Origin: Candidatus Poribacteria bacterium | GTDB taxonomy: Bacteria > Poribacteria > WGA-4E > WGA-3G | Reading direction: 5' to 3' | Assembly (NCBI GenBank): GCA_964291315.2 | Contig: OZ219752.1 | Coordinates: 96,001-160,000, forward strand | Length of the DNA stretch: 64,000 nucleotides | Shown: positions 47,826 to 58,795 of the stretch, one piece after another | How positions within the stretch are numbered: the stretch's first letter is position 1 | Layout: each line of letters opens with the position of its first letter | Notes under the pieces: generated by a model | The model's database searches: none | What the model saw: only the letters and a program-made list of their open reading frames with translations | Told to the model about the DNA's origin: nothing | Program-made: the position numbers and the translations under genes

Positions 47826-48725
47826 ATGAATCAGATGGCAAAACGAGAAAGACCGATTCAAGGTGCACCTACGGCAAGAGACTTCCAAGCAGATGTCAAC
47901 CCTGATTGGTGCGCGGGCTGTGGGGACTACGGAGTACTTAGTGCCCTTAAAACTGCGTATGCTAAATCTGGACGCGGTAACCATGAACATCTCACTGTTA
48001 GCGGGATTGGATGCTCTTCTAACCTCCCTGGATATGTTAGAACGTATGGGATGCACACCCTCCATGGACGAGCTTTGGCAGTAGCAACCGGTGCCAAATT
48101 CGCTAACCACGAGATGAATGTAGTTGTAACCGGTGGTGATGGGGATGGATACGGCATCGGGGGGAATCATTTTATCCATACTATGCGGAAAAACGTTGAC
48201 CTACTTTATATCGTTATGAACAATCAGATTTACGGGTTAACGATTGGCCAAACCTCACCAACTAGCATGATCGGGATGGAAACCAAAAGCACCCCGTTTG
48301 GTAATATAGAAGCCCCGCTCAACCCGATCGCTATGGCAATTATTACAGGCGCGACCTATGTGGCTAGAGGTTTCAGCGGCGATCAAAAGCAGCTAACAGA
48401 ACTGATGTACAACGGCATGCAACACAGCGGTTTCGCGCTCATTGATGTGTTCAGCCCTTGTATCACGTTCAATAAGGACAACACTTACGACTTTTTCAAA
48501 CCGCGTGTCAAGCCACTCGAAAATCATGACCCCAGCGACAAGTCGGCTGCAGTTGAACAAGCCGTCAAATGGGGCGACGAAATCCCGACCGGGTTGTTCT
48601 ATCAAGATACCAGCCGCAGGGCTCTGCATGAGATGGAACCCGTTTTAGCAAACGGCCCCGTCGCGCATCAACCACTTGGCATTACCAAAGAACAAGGCGA
48701 TGCTATCATCCGCCGCATGATGTAA
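47826..48725 (+). CDS. korB: 2-oxoacid:ferredoxin oxidoreductase beta subunit
   Basis: WCAGCGD, SGIGCSS, HGRA, TPP motif GGDGDG..NN.IYGLT.GQ. Confidence 0.93.
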   Translation: MNQMAKRERPIQGAPTARDFQADVNPDWCAGCGDYGVLSALKTAYAKSGRGNHEHLTVSGIGCSSNLPGYVRTYGMHTLHGRALAVATGAKFANHEMNVVVTGGDGDGYGIGGNHFIHTMRKNVDLLYIVMNNQIYGLTIGQTSPTSMIGMETKSTPFGNIEAPLNPIAMAIITGATYVARGFSGDQKQLTELMYNGMQHSGFALIDVFSPCITFNKDNTYDFFKPRVKPLENHDPSDKSAAVEQAVKWGDEIPTGLFYQDTSRRALHEMEPVLANGPVAHQPLGITKEQGDAIIRRMM

Positions 48726-48866
48726 AACAGAATGTGAGATCGGTAGTTTTGCCTAACTTCCTACGTTTTATGTCCTCTTCTCGGTAATAGAGGTCGGCTT
48801 CCGGTATATGGCGCGGGTCCTTATCCCGCCCGATGTCTTTTTTCTCGTTACGGAATCGTTCACACT

Positions 48867-49562
48867 ATGCGCATCCGTGCTATCGGACTCACAAAACACT
48901 TTGGCCCTCGTTCGATTGTCAAAAATGCTACCCTCTCAGTTCGCCCTGGAGAAGTGGCAGCGATTTTCGGTCCTAACGGCGCGGGGAAAACAACACTCAT
49001 CAAGATTCTCGCAACACTCCTCCGCCCGACATCCGGGAAACTTGAAATTGAAGGGACAGATGTGAGCGGGGCAACTTCAAACGTCCGAGAGTCATTAGGT
49101 GTTGTCATTCATGAACATTTGGCATACCCAACGTTTAGCCCTTACGAGAACCTCAGGTTTTTCGGGCAGATGTACTGCGTTGAGCAGCTTGAACGCCGGG
49201 CAACAAAGCTTCTCACTGAAGTCGGTCTGCAGCGTTTTATCCATGAACCCTTACATATCTTCTCACGTGGTATGACGCAGCGCTTTATGATCGCTAGATC
49301 CCTCCTCCATAATCCATCAGTGTTGCTACTCGATGAACCCTTCTCTGGATTGGATGCTTCTGCTAAGCAGTTCGTCCTCGAGCGTATTACACACGAACGT
49401 CAAAAAGGCACAAGTATTATCATCACAACACACAACACAGAGTTGGGCTATCTTGTGGGCACACGGTTTCTCTTTATGATAAATGGAGAACTTGAAGAGG
49501 TCGCCCAGAGAGATGAAATTTCGACAGAAACGCTTTTGCGCACATATGAGGAGAGACTGTAA
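48867..49562 (+). CDS. ccmA: heme exporter ABC ATPase
   Basis: GPNGAGKTT, FSRGMTQR, LLLDEPF; adjacent to ccmB. Confidence 0.85.
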   Translation: MRIRAIGLTKHFGPRSIVKNATLSVRPGEVAAIFGPNGAGKTTLIKILATLLRPTSGKLEIEGTDVSGATSNVRESLGVVIHEHLAYPTFSPYENLRFFGQMYCVEQLERRATKLLTEVGLQRFIHEPLHIFSRGMTQRFMIARSLLHNPSVLLLDEPFSGLDASAKQFVLERITHERQKGTSIIITTHNTELGYLVGTRFLFMINGELEEVAQRDEISTETLLRTYEERL

Positions 49563-49613
49563 ATACACTGATCCGACGCAGAGGTAAATACATACTTTTG
49601 AATAGAGATAAAC

Positions 49614-50302
49614 ATGAAGCCGTTTCGTCAAATTGGCGCATTGATCCGTAAGGACCTTGGACTTCAATTCCGTTCAAAGGAAACGTTGGCGCTAATTTTC
49701 GTTTTTAGTGTACTTGTTGTTCTCATCTTCGTTTTCGCGTTTGGTACGACCTTCCCTGAAAGGACAGAACGCGGTAAATTAACTGCAAGTGTCCTCTGGA
49801 CAGCATTTGTTTTCGCAGGAATTATCACCTTAAATCGTTCGTTTACGATAGAACGTGCGCACGCTGCCTTACACGGCATTCGACTTACCGGTGTCGATGC
49901 TGGGAACGTCTACCTCTCCAAGGTCATCAGCAACGTCGTTTTTCTATTTCTATTAGAAATTGTTATAACCCCTATTGCACTTCAATTCTTAGATCTGCTT
50001 GACGTAATAACGGTGGGTATATTGCTGAAGCTGTTTGGTGTACTAAGTATCGGTACACTAGGTTTTTGCTCTGTTGGTGTACTGTTAGCAGGTATGTCTA
50101 CAAGTGCGAACGGCGGTGAAAGTCTTCTATCTGTTATTCTACTTCCGCTTGTAGTACCAATCATTATAGGCGGCTCGAAATGCACTGTCTCACTTTTAGT
50201 AACGGGCGGGTTAGAAAACAGGTTTTGGTTGAATCTTCTCGCCGTATACAGCTTAGTTTTTTTGGCATCCGCGTACCTGTTCGCCGATGCCGTTATTGAG
50301 GA

Positions 50303-50306
<4 letters not shown>
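49614..50306 (+). CDS. ccmB: heme exporter permease
   Basis: KDL...FR, LNRSFTIE, YLSK, LLSVILLPLVVP; six TMs. Confidence 0.9.
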
Positions 50307-51733
<1,427 letters not shown>

Positions 51734-51877
51734 AAGACTGTCGACTATTGATTTGAGAACTTTTAAGAACAGTTTATGGCAGTCGCGCCTGTGGGAGGGA
51801 ACCAAGGAGAACGAATTGTGTTACACGGCGCCTCCTTATCGAGTAAAGATGGCTGACAACACTAATGAGGTATACCT

Positions 51878-52183
51878 ATGCGTATTGTTCGTCCAATCTT
51901 ACTTATAATAGCTATCAGCCTACTTTTTGTCAGTGTCAGGCAATTCATGAACGGTTACAGCGACTGGCAGCAGGCACAGATTGCTGAGAAAGCCTATCGC
52001 GCCGAGATACGGAAACTTGAATCCGAACGGGACCTGCTTCAGCAGCAAGTCGAGCTCCTGAAAAGTGATACACTGACAAAAGAACGACTCGCCAGAAAAC
52101 GACTTGGATATGTTAAACCCGGAGAACTCAAATTTAAAGTTGTCAAGCCTGATGCCAATGAAAAATCTCAAGTTAGGCATTAG
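51878..52183 (+). CDS. ftsB: septum formation initiator (FtsB/DivIC family)
   Basis: TM plus coiled coil plus ERLARKRLGYVKPGE; conserved eno-ftsB synteny. Confidence 0.85.
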   Translation: MRIVRPILLIIAISLLFVSVRQFMNGYSDWQQAQIAEKAYRAEIRKLESERDLLQQQVELLKSDTLTKERLARKRLGYVKPGELKFKVVKPDANEKSQVRH

Positions 52184-52367
52184 AGGCATCCTGAGATCTA
52201 GTGAAACTCCATTCCTCACCTCGGCGAGCTGCACCGTCTAGACAGCGATAGCTGTGTCAATGAGGTGTAAATAGTACTTCGGTCGACGCGGAACAGTCGG
52301 TTTCGGTTGTTAGGTTTAGAACAGAAGTGAGGAAACCTACACGATCTCAGTCTCAACCTAAGCCTGT

Positions 52368-53291
52368 TTATATTGGTAATCGCGCCTGATTAGCATACGC
52401 TTTGATTCGCTCAGTTGCTAATTCAATATAACTCTCCTCAATGTCGTATCCGATATAGTGCCTCCTTGACTTCAAAGCACTTAGGCACGTTGTGCCACTC
52501 CCACAAAACGGATCTAATACGACATCCCCTACAAAGGTATAGAGCTGAATGAGCCGGTGCGGAAGCTCCTCAGGAAATGGGGCGGGATGGCCGATACGTT
52601 TGGCAGAAACAGGTGGAAAAGTCCAGACGCTTTTTGTCCATTCTAAAAAGTCCTCTTTACAGATTGAGTTTTCTCTTCCGTTCCGTTTCCGTGAAAAGGA
52701 TCCTTTGGAAAAAACGAGGATGTATTCGTGTACATCTCTCAATACAGGATTTGCTGCTGATAACCAACTCCCCCAGGCAGTCGAAACCCCCGCACCTGAG
52801 GCTTTGTTCCAGATAATTTCGCCGCGCATGTGGTAACCTATTGCCAGCATATCTTCTATGATATAACTATGCAGCGGGATATAAGGTTTCCGCCCCAGGT
52901 TAGCGATATTAACGCACGCCCTGCCCCCGGTAACCAGTTTTCTATAGGTCTCAGTAAAGATGGCGTAGAGAAACTCTCTGTATTCTGCCAGTGACAAATC
53001 CTCATCGTATTCCTTTCTCGCGTTATACGGAGGAGATGTGACCATCAAATGGACACTGCTGTCAGGAATAGCTGACATCTGAGCACTGGATGTACAATAA
53101 AGCTGATTGAGGTTTTCGGGGGGTACAGGATTTTCTGTCCATGTGTCGGGTTCCGGAAGGGCATGATCCGCATAGAGCTTACTTCCATAAAATTCGCTGG
53201 CATCATGATTAATTCTTCCAGGAGTCCCAAAAGCACTCGTCTGGGTACCTTGATTTTGATTTCGAGACTGCGATTTTCGTTTACTCATCAC
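52368..53291 (-). CDS. orphan beta-class N4/N6 DNA methyltransferase
   Basis: VTSPPYN precedes HPAPFP and DPFCGSGTT; no adjacent endonuclease. Confidence 0.92.
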   Translation of the reverse strand: MMSKRKSQSRNQNQGTQTSAFGTPGRINHDASEFYGSKLYADHALPEPDTWTENPVPPENLNQLYCTSSAQMSAIPDSSVHLMVTSPPYNARKEYDEDLSLAEYREFLYAIFTETYRKLVTGGRACVNIANLGRKPYIPLHSYIIEDMLAIGYHMRGEIIWNKASGAGVSTAWGSWLSAANPVLRDVHEYILVFSKGSFSRKRNGRENSICKEDFLEWTKSVWTFPPVSAKRIGHPAPFPEELPHRLIQLYTFVGDVVLDPFCGSGTTCLSALKSRRHYIGYDIEESYIELATERIKAYANQARLPI

Positions 53292-53431
53292 TTTCCATCC
53301 TTTTTCGAGACCGTGAATTCTGTTTACTTATAGCCCTCCCCGCTTTTCCTGATTCCACAAATTCCGTATTCTTGGTTCCTCACAAACTGCACCCGAAAAA
53401 GAGTGAAAGTTGCTTCATAAATTTCGATTTC

Positions 53432-54652
53432 TCAATACTGATCTGGAGACCAGAAGATGACATCACGTTTAGGGAACAAAACCCGCAAAAACGCAGCGGT
53501 CTCTGAGGATGCTGCAGAATCCGATCCTATCTGCTCCCACCCAAAGTTGCCGAACAAGAGCTGCCAGAAATCTGCCTCAGTTAAATCTACACTCAAATCA
53601 ACAGCGTCCACATCACTTTCAGAGACAATTTGCAGCGTGCCGTCGGCGTTATGGCGCAACACCAACTGTTCATTATTAAGCGTCGGCAATTTGACAACAA
53701 GTGGTGGAAATCTCCCTTCGGTGACTGCAATTCTCGATTCCCATTCGACGATCAAGCGCCGTAAAAATACAGACGGCTGAACGGCATAGAGCATCATTCC
53801 CGTGTATTCTGTTCGCGTTACCTGCCTGTTGCCTCCCGCTATCAGCCGCTCCACAAACGGGTGCTGAGGCGGAAATCTGCCTTCTATCTCCGCTACTCCT
53901 TGTACTTCACAGGTTTGTAAGAAGTGAGAGGCCAGTGCGTCCAGAACCCCCAGATTATCAGGGTCATATCCCACTTCGTGCACCTCCACCCGTTTTCGGT
54001 CTATCTCATAGTTGAGATACCCCTCGATATGTCCCTGCCGACGCGCAATAAGGGTAGGAAAAACACCGCGAATACGTGAAGGTGCCATATCCCAATAAGC
54101 ACGCGTTCGCGCAATAGTTCCGCTCTGTGCCGCATTGGCGAGATCGTATAATGCTGCAAGCCCCTCCAAATCGGTTTCTGGGTTGAAATTTGTTACGTGC
54201 CAATCCGCTGATCTTACAATACGCAGCGCCGATTCGTACGTCAGGCTGAAACCTTGTAGGGGCAAAGAGGTCCATCCCAACCAACGGTAAAAAGTCTCCG
54301 GAATAATTGTAAACAGTACCCCGAGATCACACCCTATCGTCTGTAGATAATAGACTGTATCTCGCATAAGGGCAGACGCATAACCAACGCCACGATAATG
54401 TGGATGGGTGCAGACACCACCGATCCCCCCCATCATTACGAGGGACGCGCCAACCCGTATCCGACGTTCCCAAATACGCAAGGTTGAAACGACACGCTCA
54501 TTGACCACAACGACACGGGTCTGGGGAAGTCTGTAACTGCTATCCCCTCTGATATACTGCCAGTAACGTTCATGTCCATCAGGATTAAACGCTAGACAGC
54601 ACAGTTCAACCACCTGTTCTAATTCTGCTTCACGTGCACCTCTAATTTCCAT
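53432..54652 (-). CDS. GNAT acetyltransferase, Eis-like
   Basis: GIGGVCTHPHYRGVGYAS acetyl-CoA motif; ~400-aa Eis-like architecture; start trimmed to ATG 54652. Confidence 0.85.
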   Translation of the reverse strand: MEIRGAREAELEQVVELCCLAFNPDGHERYWQYIRGDSSYRLPQTRVVVVNERVVSTLRIWERRIRVGASLVMMGGIGGVCTHPHYRGVGYASALMRDTVYYLQTIGCDLGVLFTIIPETFYRWLGWTSLPLQGFSLTYESALRIVRSADWHVTNFNPETDLEGLAALYDLANAAQSGTIARTRAYWDMAPSRIRGVFPTLIARRQGHIEGYLNYEIDRKRVEVHEVGYDPDNLGVLDALASHFLQTCEVQGVAEIEGRFPPQHPFVERLIAGGNRQVTRTEYTGMMLYAVQPSVFLRRLIVEWESRIAVTEGRFPPLVVKLPTLNNEQLVLRHNADGTLQIVSESDVDAVDLSVDLTEADFWQLLFGNFGWEQIGSDSAASSETAAFLRVLFPKRDVIFWSPDQY

Positions 54653-54703
54653 TTTCTGTCCTAAACTTAAGATATGTTGCCGATGTACAACTGCACAACA
54701 CAA

Positions 54704-55753
54704 CTACTGCATAGAGAAAACAACCCCTAAAGCCTCATTCGGTCTCTGGATTAATTTTTCACATCCTTCGGAGGCTTGATCAATTGGAATAATATGTGTA
54801 ATCAAAGGCTTTACTCGAACTTTACCTTCGGACATCAGGCGTAGCGATAGTTCCAAGTTGCGCTGTGTTGGCCATGGCACAAACACCGGCGGATAATCCG
54901 CGCCGTGTTCATAAGCCTCGTCGTGATAACCCGGTCCAGTTCGAGCTGCACTAATCACATCCACGTTGCCAAGTCCGGCTGCGAAACCGTGCGTAATATT
55001 CGCCCCGCCTACAATAACAATTCGCCCGACTTTGTGCGTATCGGGTGCAGTCTTCAGCGACGTTCGGATCTGCTGAAACGCGCTCGTTGCATCGCCACCA
55101 AAAGCAATAACCCCGCAATCCATACCGTAGCCATTGGTAAATTCTTGTGCAATAGGAATCGGATCCGTCTCAGCAACATTTATTGCCCGATGTATCCCGG
55201 ATTTTTCAGCAATACCTACTCGTAGCGGCAACCTGTCCAGCCCAAGCACATAGGCACCAGCGGCTTTCGCTATCTGTGATGCAAACTGTCCGACGATACC
55301 TAACCCGGCAACAACGACGTTTTCACCGATACGGATATGCCCACGTTGTACAGCGTGCAGGGCAGTTGCTGCGAGATGGTTAGAAGCAGCTTCCTCATAA
55401 CTGACATTATCAGGAATCATCGCGCATAAATTATGCGGTACACAAGTATAGGTGGCATGAAGCGCGTAGCCTCCGCCCATGCCGGACACCCTATCACCGA
55501 TCTCGAATTCGTCACAGTCGCCTACTTTGTCGATGATAACACCAGCGTTTGTATACCCGAAGGGACGTTGCCACGCTTCAGACCCCGGACTCTCGCGTCG
55601 CCGTTTGATACCGCCTAGTTCTGTACCGGGGCTTACCATCGAAGCGTGAACTTCAATCAAGAGCTGCCCTGGTTTTAGCGCAGGCGTTTCCTGTTCTCCT
55701 GTCCAGATACGCCCCGCCTCATTCATCATCAAAACTTTTCTCGTTTCACCCAT
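54704..55753 (-). CDS. MDR-superfamily dehydrogenase
   Basis: SPGTE, FGY..AG, GLGIVG Rossmann motif, LITH; lacks the GHE catalytic zinc motif. Confidence 0.85.
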   Translation of the reverse strand: MGETRKVLMMNEAGRIWTGEQETPALKPGQLLIEVHASMVSPGTELGGIKRRRESPGSEAWQRPFGYTNAGVIIDKVGDCDEFEIGDRVSGMGGGYALHATYTCVPHNLCAMIPDNVSYEEAASNHLAATALHAVQRGHIRIGENVVVAGLGIVGQFASQIAKAAGAYVLGLDRLPLRVGIAEKSGIHRAINVAETDPIPIAQEFTNGYGMDCGVIAFGGDATSAFQQIRTSLKTAPDTHKVGRIVIVGGANITHGFAAGLGNVDVISAARTGPGYHDEAYEHGADYPPVFVPWPTQRNLELSLRLMSEGKVRVKPLITHIIPIDQASEGCEKLIQRPNEALGVVFSMQ

Positions 55754-55881
55754 AAATAGTCCTTTTCAGCAATCTTGTTTGTTGTTCTAATTGATTCGAG
55801 CACAAGTGTAGTTGACTCCTCTGAAAAAACGCTTAGCATTACAGACATCCGTGTCGTTTCCATGCTGTCAGTTTTCTGTCG

Positions 55882-56934
55882 TTAACTGCCTGAGGCCTGC
55901 CTCTTGGAGAACGTTTCCCATTTATCCTCTTGAACGGCTTCACTATCAGTCTTTTGTTGGATAGTAAGCCACCACTCCTGATTTTCCATATACCACTGAA
56001 CAGTCTCACACATCCCCTCTTCAAATGGGATTTTCGGTTCCCACCCAATGTCACGGGCGATTTTCCGTGAATCTAATAGATACCGGCAATCGTGTCCTGG
56101 TCTGTCAGGAACATAAGTTTTTAAGTGATGCGGTTTATCGAGAACGTCCAAGATGAAGTCGCTAATTTCCTCAATGCTTTTCTCTACACCGCTCCCGACA
56201 TTATAAGTTTCTCCGACTTTGCCGCGCTTGATAACAGCAGCAACTGCTCGGCAGTGGTCTTCGACATGCAACCATTCCCTTCGGTTATGACTGCTTCGAT
56301 AGAGCGTCAAAGGTAAATTCTGGATCGCATTCGTTGTAAACAACGGAATGAGTTTTTCTGGGTGCTGGTAAGGACCATAATTGTTTGCACAATTGGAGAT
56401 CGTAATCGGTGTACCAAAGCTGTGAAAATAAGCGTTTACGAGATGATCAGCTGCCGCCTTAGAGGCGTTGTAGGGAGTCTGCGGACGATACGGCCCACTT
56501 TCGCTGAACGTGTCAGGTGAATCTAAGGGGAGTTCACCATAGATCTCACAGGTGGAAATGTGGTGAAACCGTTCTATACCACACTTTTGAACTGCGTCTA
56601 ATAGTACTTGTGTGCCCATCACGTTCGTCTCGAAGAAACGCCTCGGATGTAGAATCGCACGACTGTTGTGCGATTCCGCGGCAAAATTGACAATCACATC
56701 CGGACGTTCTGTTTCCAAAATATTTTCTACAAGGCCAGCATTTAGAATGTCACCGTGGGCAAATTTGTAGCGATCGGGAGAGTGGGTTTCTGCTATATCT
56801 GTCAGATTAGAGAGGTTTCCAGCGTACGTCAACAGGTCGAGGTTAACAATAGCGTCGTCGGAATGGTGTCGCAGCCAATATCGAATGAAGTTTGTACCGA
56901 TAAACCCGGCACCACCCGTAACTAGTAATTTCAT
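55882..56934 (-). CDS. rfbB: dTDP-glucose 4,6-dehydratase
   Basis: TGGAGFIG, FAAESH, ISTCE, YNASKA, NNYGPYQHPEKLIP, DRPGHD. Confidence 0.93.
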   Translation of the reverse strand: MKLLVTGGAGFIGTNFIRYWLRHHSDDAIVNLDLLTYAGNLSNLTDIAETHSPDRYKFAHGDILNAGLVENILETERPDVIVNFAAESHNSRAILHPRRFFETNVMGTQVLLDAVQKCGIERFHHISTCEIYGELPLDSPDTFSESGPYRPQTPYNASKAAADHLVNAYFHSFGTPITISNCANNYGPYQHPEKLIPLFTTNAIQNLPLTLYRSSHNRREWLHVEDHCRAVAAVIKRGKVGETYNVGSGVEKSIEEISDFILDVLDKPHHLKTYVPDRPGHDCRYLLDSRKIARDIGWEPKIPFEEGMCETVQWYMENQEWWLTIQQKTDSEAVQEDKWETFSKRQASGS

Positions 56935-57123
56935 CAGAAATTCCTTTCTGAAAGATCGAACATCAGCGTCCGATTTAGATACAACTCCTCAATTGCCACG
57001 TCATCCTTAGATATCTCCATTTTTCCACTCACCAGACTTTTTTCAAATTCGCCCCGCTTTCCTTTTCGCACCGATGTCAAAAGCGACACTTGTACTGTAT
57101 CTATAAATCTACTGAACAACTAT

Positions 57124-57153
57124 ATCTTATCAGAAACCGCCCGGACCTGTCAA
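57124..57153 (-). promoter_or_regulatory. sigma70-type promoter for the rfbB transcript
   Basis: Minus strand TTGACA-N18-TAAGAT with extended -10 TG. Confidence 0.5.
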
Positions 57154-57166
57154 CTTAATAAATTCA

Positions 57167-57195
57167 TTGACAAACGTCAATAGATAAGGTATAAT
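57167..57195 (+). promoter_or_regulatory. perfect consensus sigma70 promoter with overlapping palindrome
   Basis: TTGACA-N17-TATAAT; ATTGAC-AAAC-GTCAAT covers the -35 box. Confidence 0.7.
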
Positions 57196-57350
57196 AACTG
57201 ATACGCCTAAATCGTAGATGTGCTACAGTTCACCTATCTAGGCAATTCGAACCGTACACTGTACTCACAGAGTACAATCGCCGTGAAGACAAGGTCTAGT
57301 GAGAAGTTTATTAGCGTTTTGGAAAATTACAAGGCGATTAAGGAAAACCC

Positions 57351-57656
57351 ATGAAAGTTATTGCAGATCTCTGCGTTGTTCCGATGGGCGTAGGGGTTTC
57401 GGTCTCAGAGTACGTTGCCGCATGTGAAAAAGTGCTTGAAGAAGCAGGATTGGAAACGAAATTGCACGCCTACGGTACTAACATCGAAGGGGATTGGGAT
57501 ACCCTGTTTGCGGCGATTCGACGGTGCCATGAAGTCATCCATGAGATGGGCGCACCCCGAATTACAACCACGCTTAAGTTCGGTACCCGGGTCGACAGAA
57601 CGCAAAACATGGATGATAAAATTACCAGTGTCCAACAGCAGTTAACTGCAGAGTAA
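57351..57656 (+). CDS. MTH1187/YkoF-like thiamine-binding family protein
   Basis: VVPMGVGVSVSEYVA, HAYGTNIEGDWD, CHEVIHEMGAPRI. Confidence 0.92.
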   Translation: MKVIADLCVVPMGVGVSVSEYVAACEKVLEEAGLETKLHAYGTNIEGDWDTLFAAIRRCHEVIHEMGAPRITTTLKFGTRVDRTQNMDDKITSVQQQLTAE

Positions 57657-57799
57657 CCGGAGGCCGTTTCCAAACTCAACTGAGAGCGTACATTTAATAT
57701 TTCTGGTAACTCATGCTTATCTGTTTTCGTCTGTTGTAGACAGATAGCAACAAATCAATAAACAGTATTTTAACCAATATAAGGAGATTAGCCATAAAG

Positions 57800-58492
57800 A
57801 TGAAAAGCAGATTTACGTTTCTAGCAGTGTGCGCCGTCGCATCTTTTCTTACGGCACAATGTATCGCTGTTCCGGATAAAATCGAGGGGCCTTGGCTGTG
57901 GATGATCACTGAGATGGACGCAGGTCAAGGCGGGGCCGCTTCAACTGACATTGATGGTATAAAAGAGGCAACAAACGGAAAATTAACGGAAGAAGACATC
58001 GCTACAGAGGGCATTACGGACAATATTCTCAAAGTTAAATTCCCGGACAAACTTCAATGGACTGAAGGCGAAATTGCTGCCATCGGAGGGAACAATATCA
58101 ACGATATGCTCATTAAAATCAAATTGGGACCTGGGGGCGATATCAACGACTATTGTTCCTATGCCGTCATCAATGTTGTCTCAAAGAGTAAGAAGAATGC
58201 CGTTGAAGCGCGCGCCGGAAGCGATGATTCCATTAAGATATGGATGAACGGTAAAGAAGTTCATAACAACCCTGTCAACCGCGGGGCTAGCGATTTTCTG
58301 GACACATTCGAGGTGGATCTAAAAAAAGGCGATAACGTTTTCCTTGTTAAAGTCTGTGAACGCGGTGGTGGTTGGAGCATGTTCGTCGGCATTGACGCAG
58401 ATTTGGAGTACAACCTCGATTTCAAAGGACTTCCCGTTGAACCCGCCGGTAAATTGGCGGCACAGTGGGCAGAAATCAAACGCTCTTATTGA
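57800..58492 (+). CDS. secreted GSDD-motif beta-sandwich protein with C-terminal KLxxxW tail
   Basis: Signal peptide, IEGPWLWMI, GSDDSIKIWMNG, LKKGDNVFLVKV; ends VEPAGKLAAQWAEIKRSY. Confidence 0.82.
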   Translation: MKSRFTFLAVCAVASFLTAQCIAVPDKIEGPWLWMITEMDAGQGGAASTDIDGIKEATNGKLTEEDIATEGITDNILKVKFPDKLQWTEGEIAAIGGNNINDMLIKIKLGPGGDINDYCSYAVINVVSKSKKNAVEARAGSDDSIKIWMNGKEVHNNPVNRGASDFLDTFEVDLKKGDNVFLVKVCERGGGWSMFVGIDADLEYNLDFKGLPVEPAGKLAAQWAEIKRSY

Positions 58493-58539
58493 GCCGCAAA
58501 GCAGTAATCATTTCTACCAATCGAAACAACACAGGTTTA

Positions 58540-58632
58540 TTAGGGTTATTTGGTTTTGAGATATCTGTAAAACAAATTATTTCTGGATATCCAGATGTAA
58601 ATTAAGATTGTTGGAAAACTAAATAGCCCTAA
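58540..58632 (+). other. 93-nt element with 18-nt terminal inverted repeats
   Basis: TTAGGGTTATTTGGTTTT / AAAACTAAATAGCCCTAA (16 Watson-Crick plus 2 G-U pairs); central palindrome TCTGGATATCCAGA. Confidence 0.6.
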
Positions 58633-58795
58633 ACACAATATTTTTGCTTGATTTAATTGTCAATTATTTGTTATTATATAATCAGAAAGTTGTTCCATGT
58701 TTGTATGTATCAACATAATGCTGAAACCTTAAATTACAAAATGGGCAACATTAATTTTTTTAGACTAAACCCAAAAATTTAAATGGAGGATTTTC

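Noticed and set aside
53380-53418. Minus-strand mini-ORF MKQLSLFFGCSL with a clamp-like QLSLF, upstream of the methyltransferase
   Set aside because: Only 12 codons and no clear RBS; could easily be chance
56934-57119. 61-aa ORF overlapping the rfbB start
   Set aside because: The TTG start falls at about the predicted TSS and there is no recognisable motif; more likely a 5' UTR, though a leaderless peptide is not excluded
57200-57350. TPP riboswitch upstream of the thiamine-binding-family gene
   Set aside because: The conserved CUGAGA and AGCGU/GGGA core elements are not in the required arrangement
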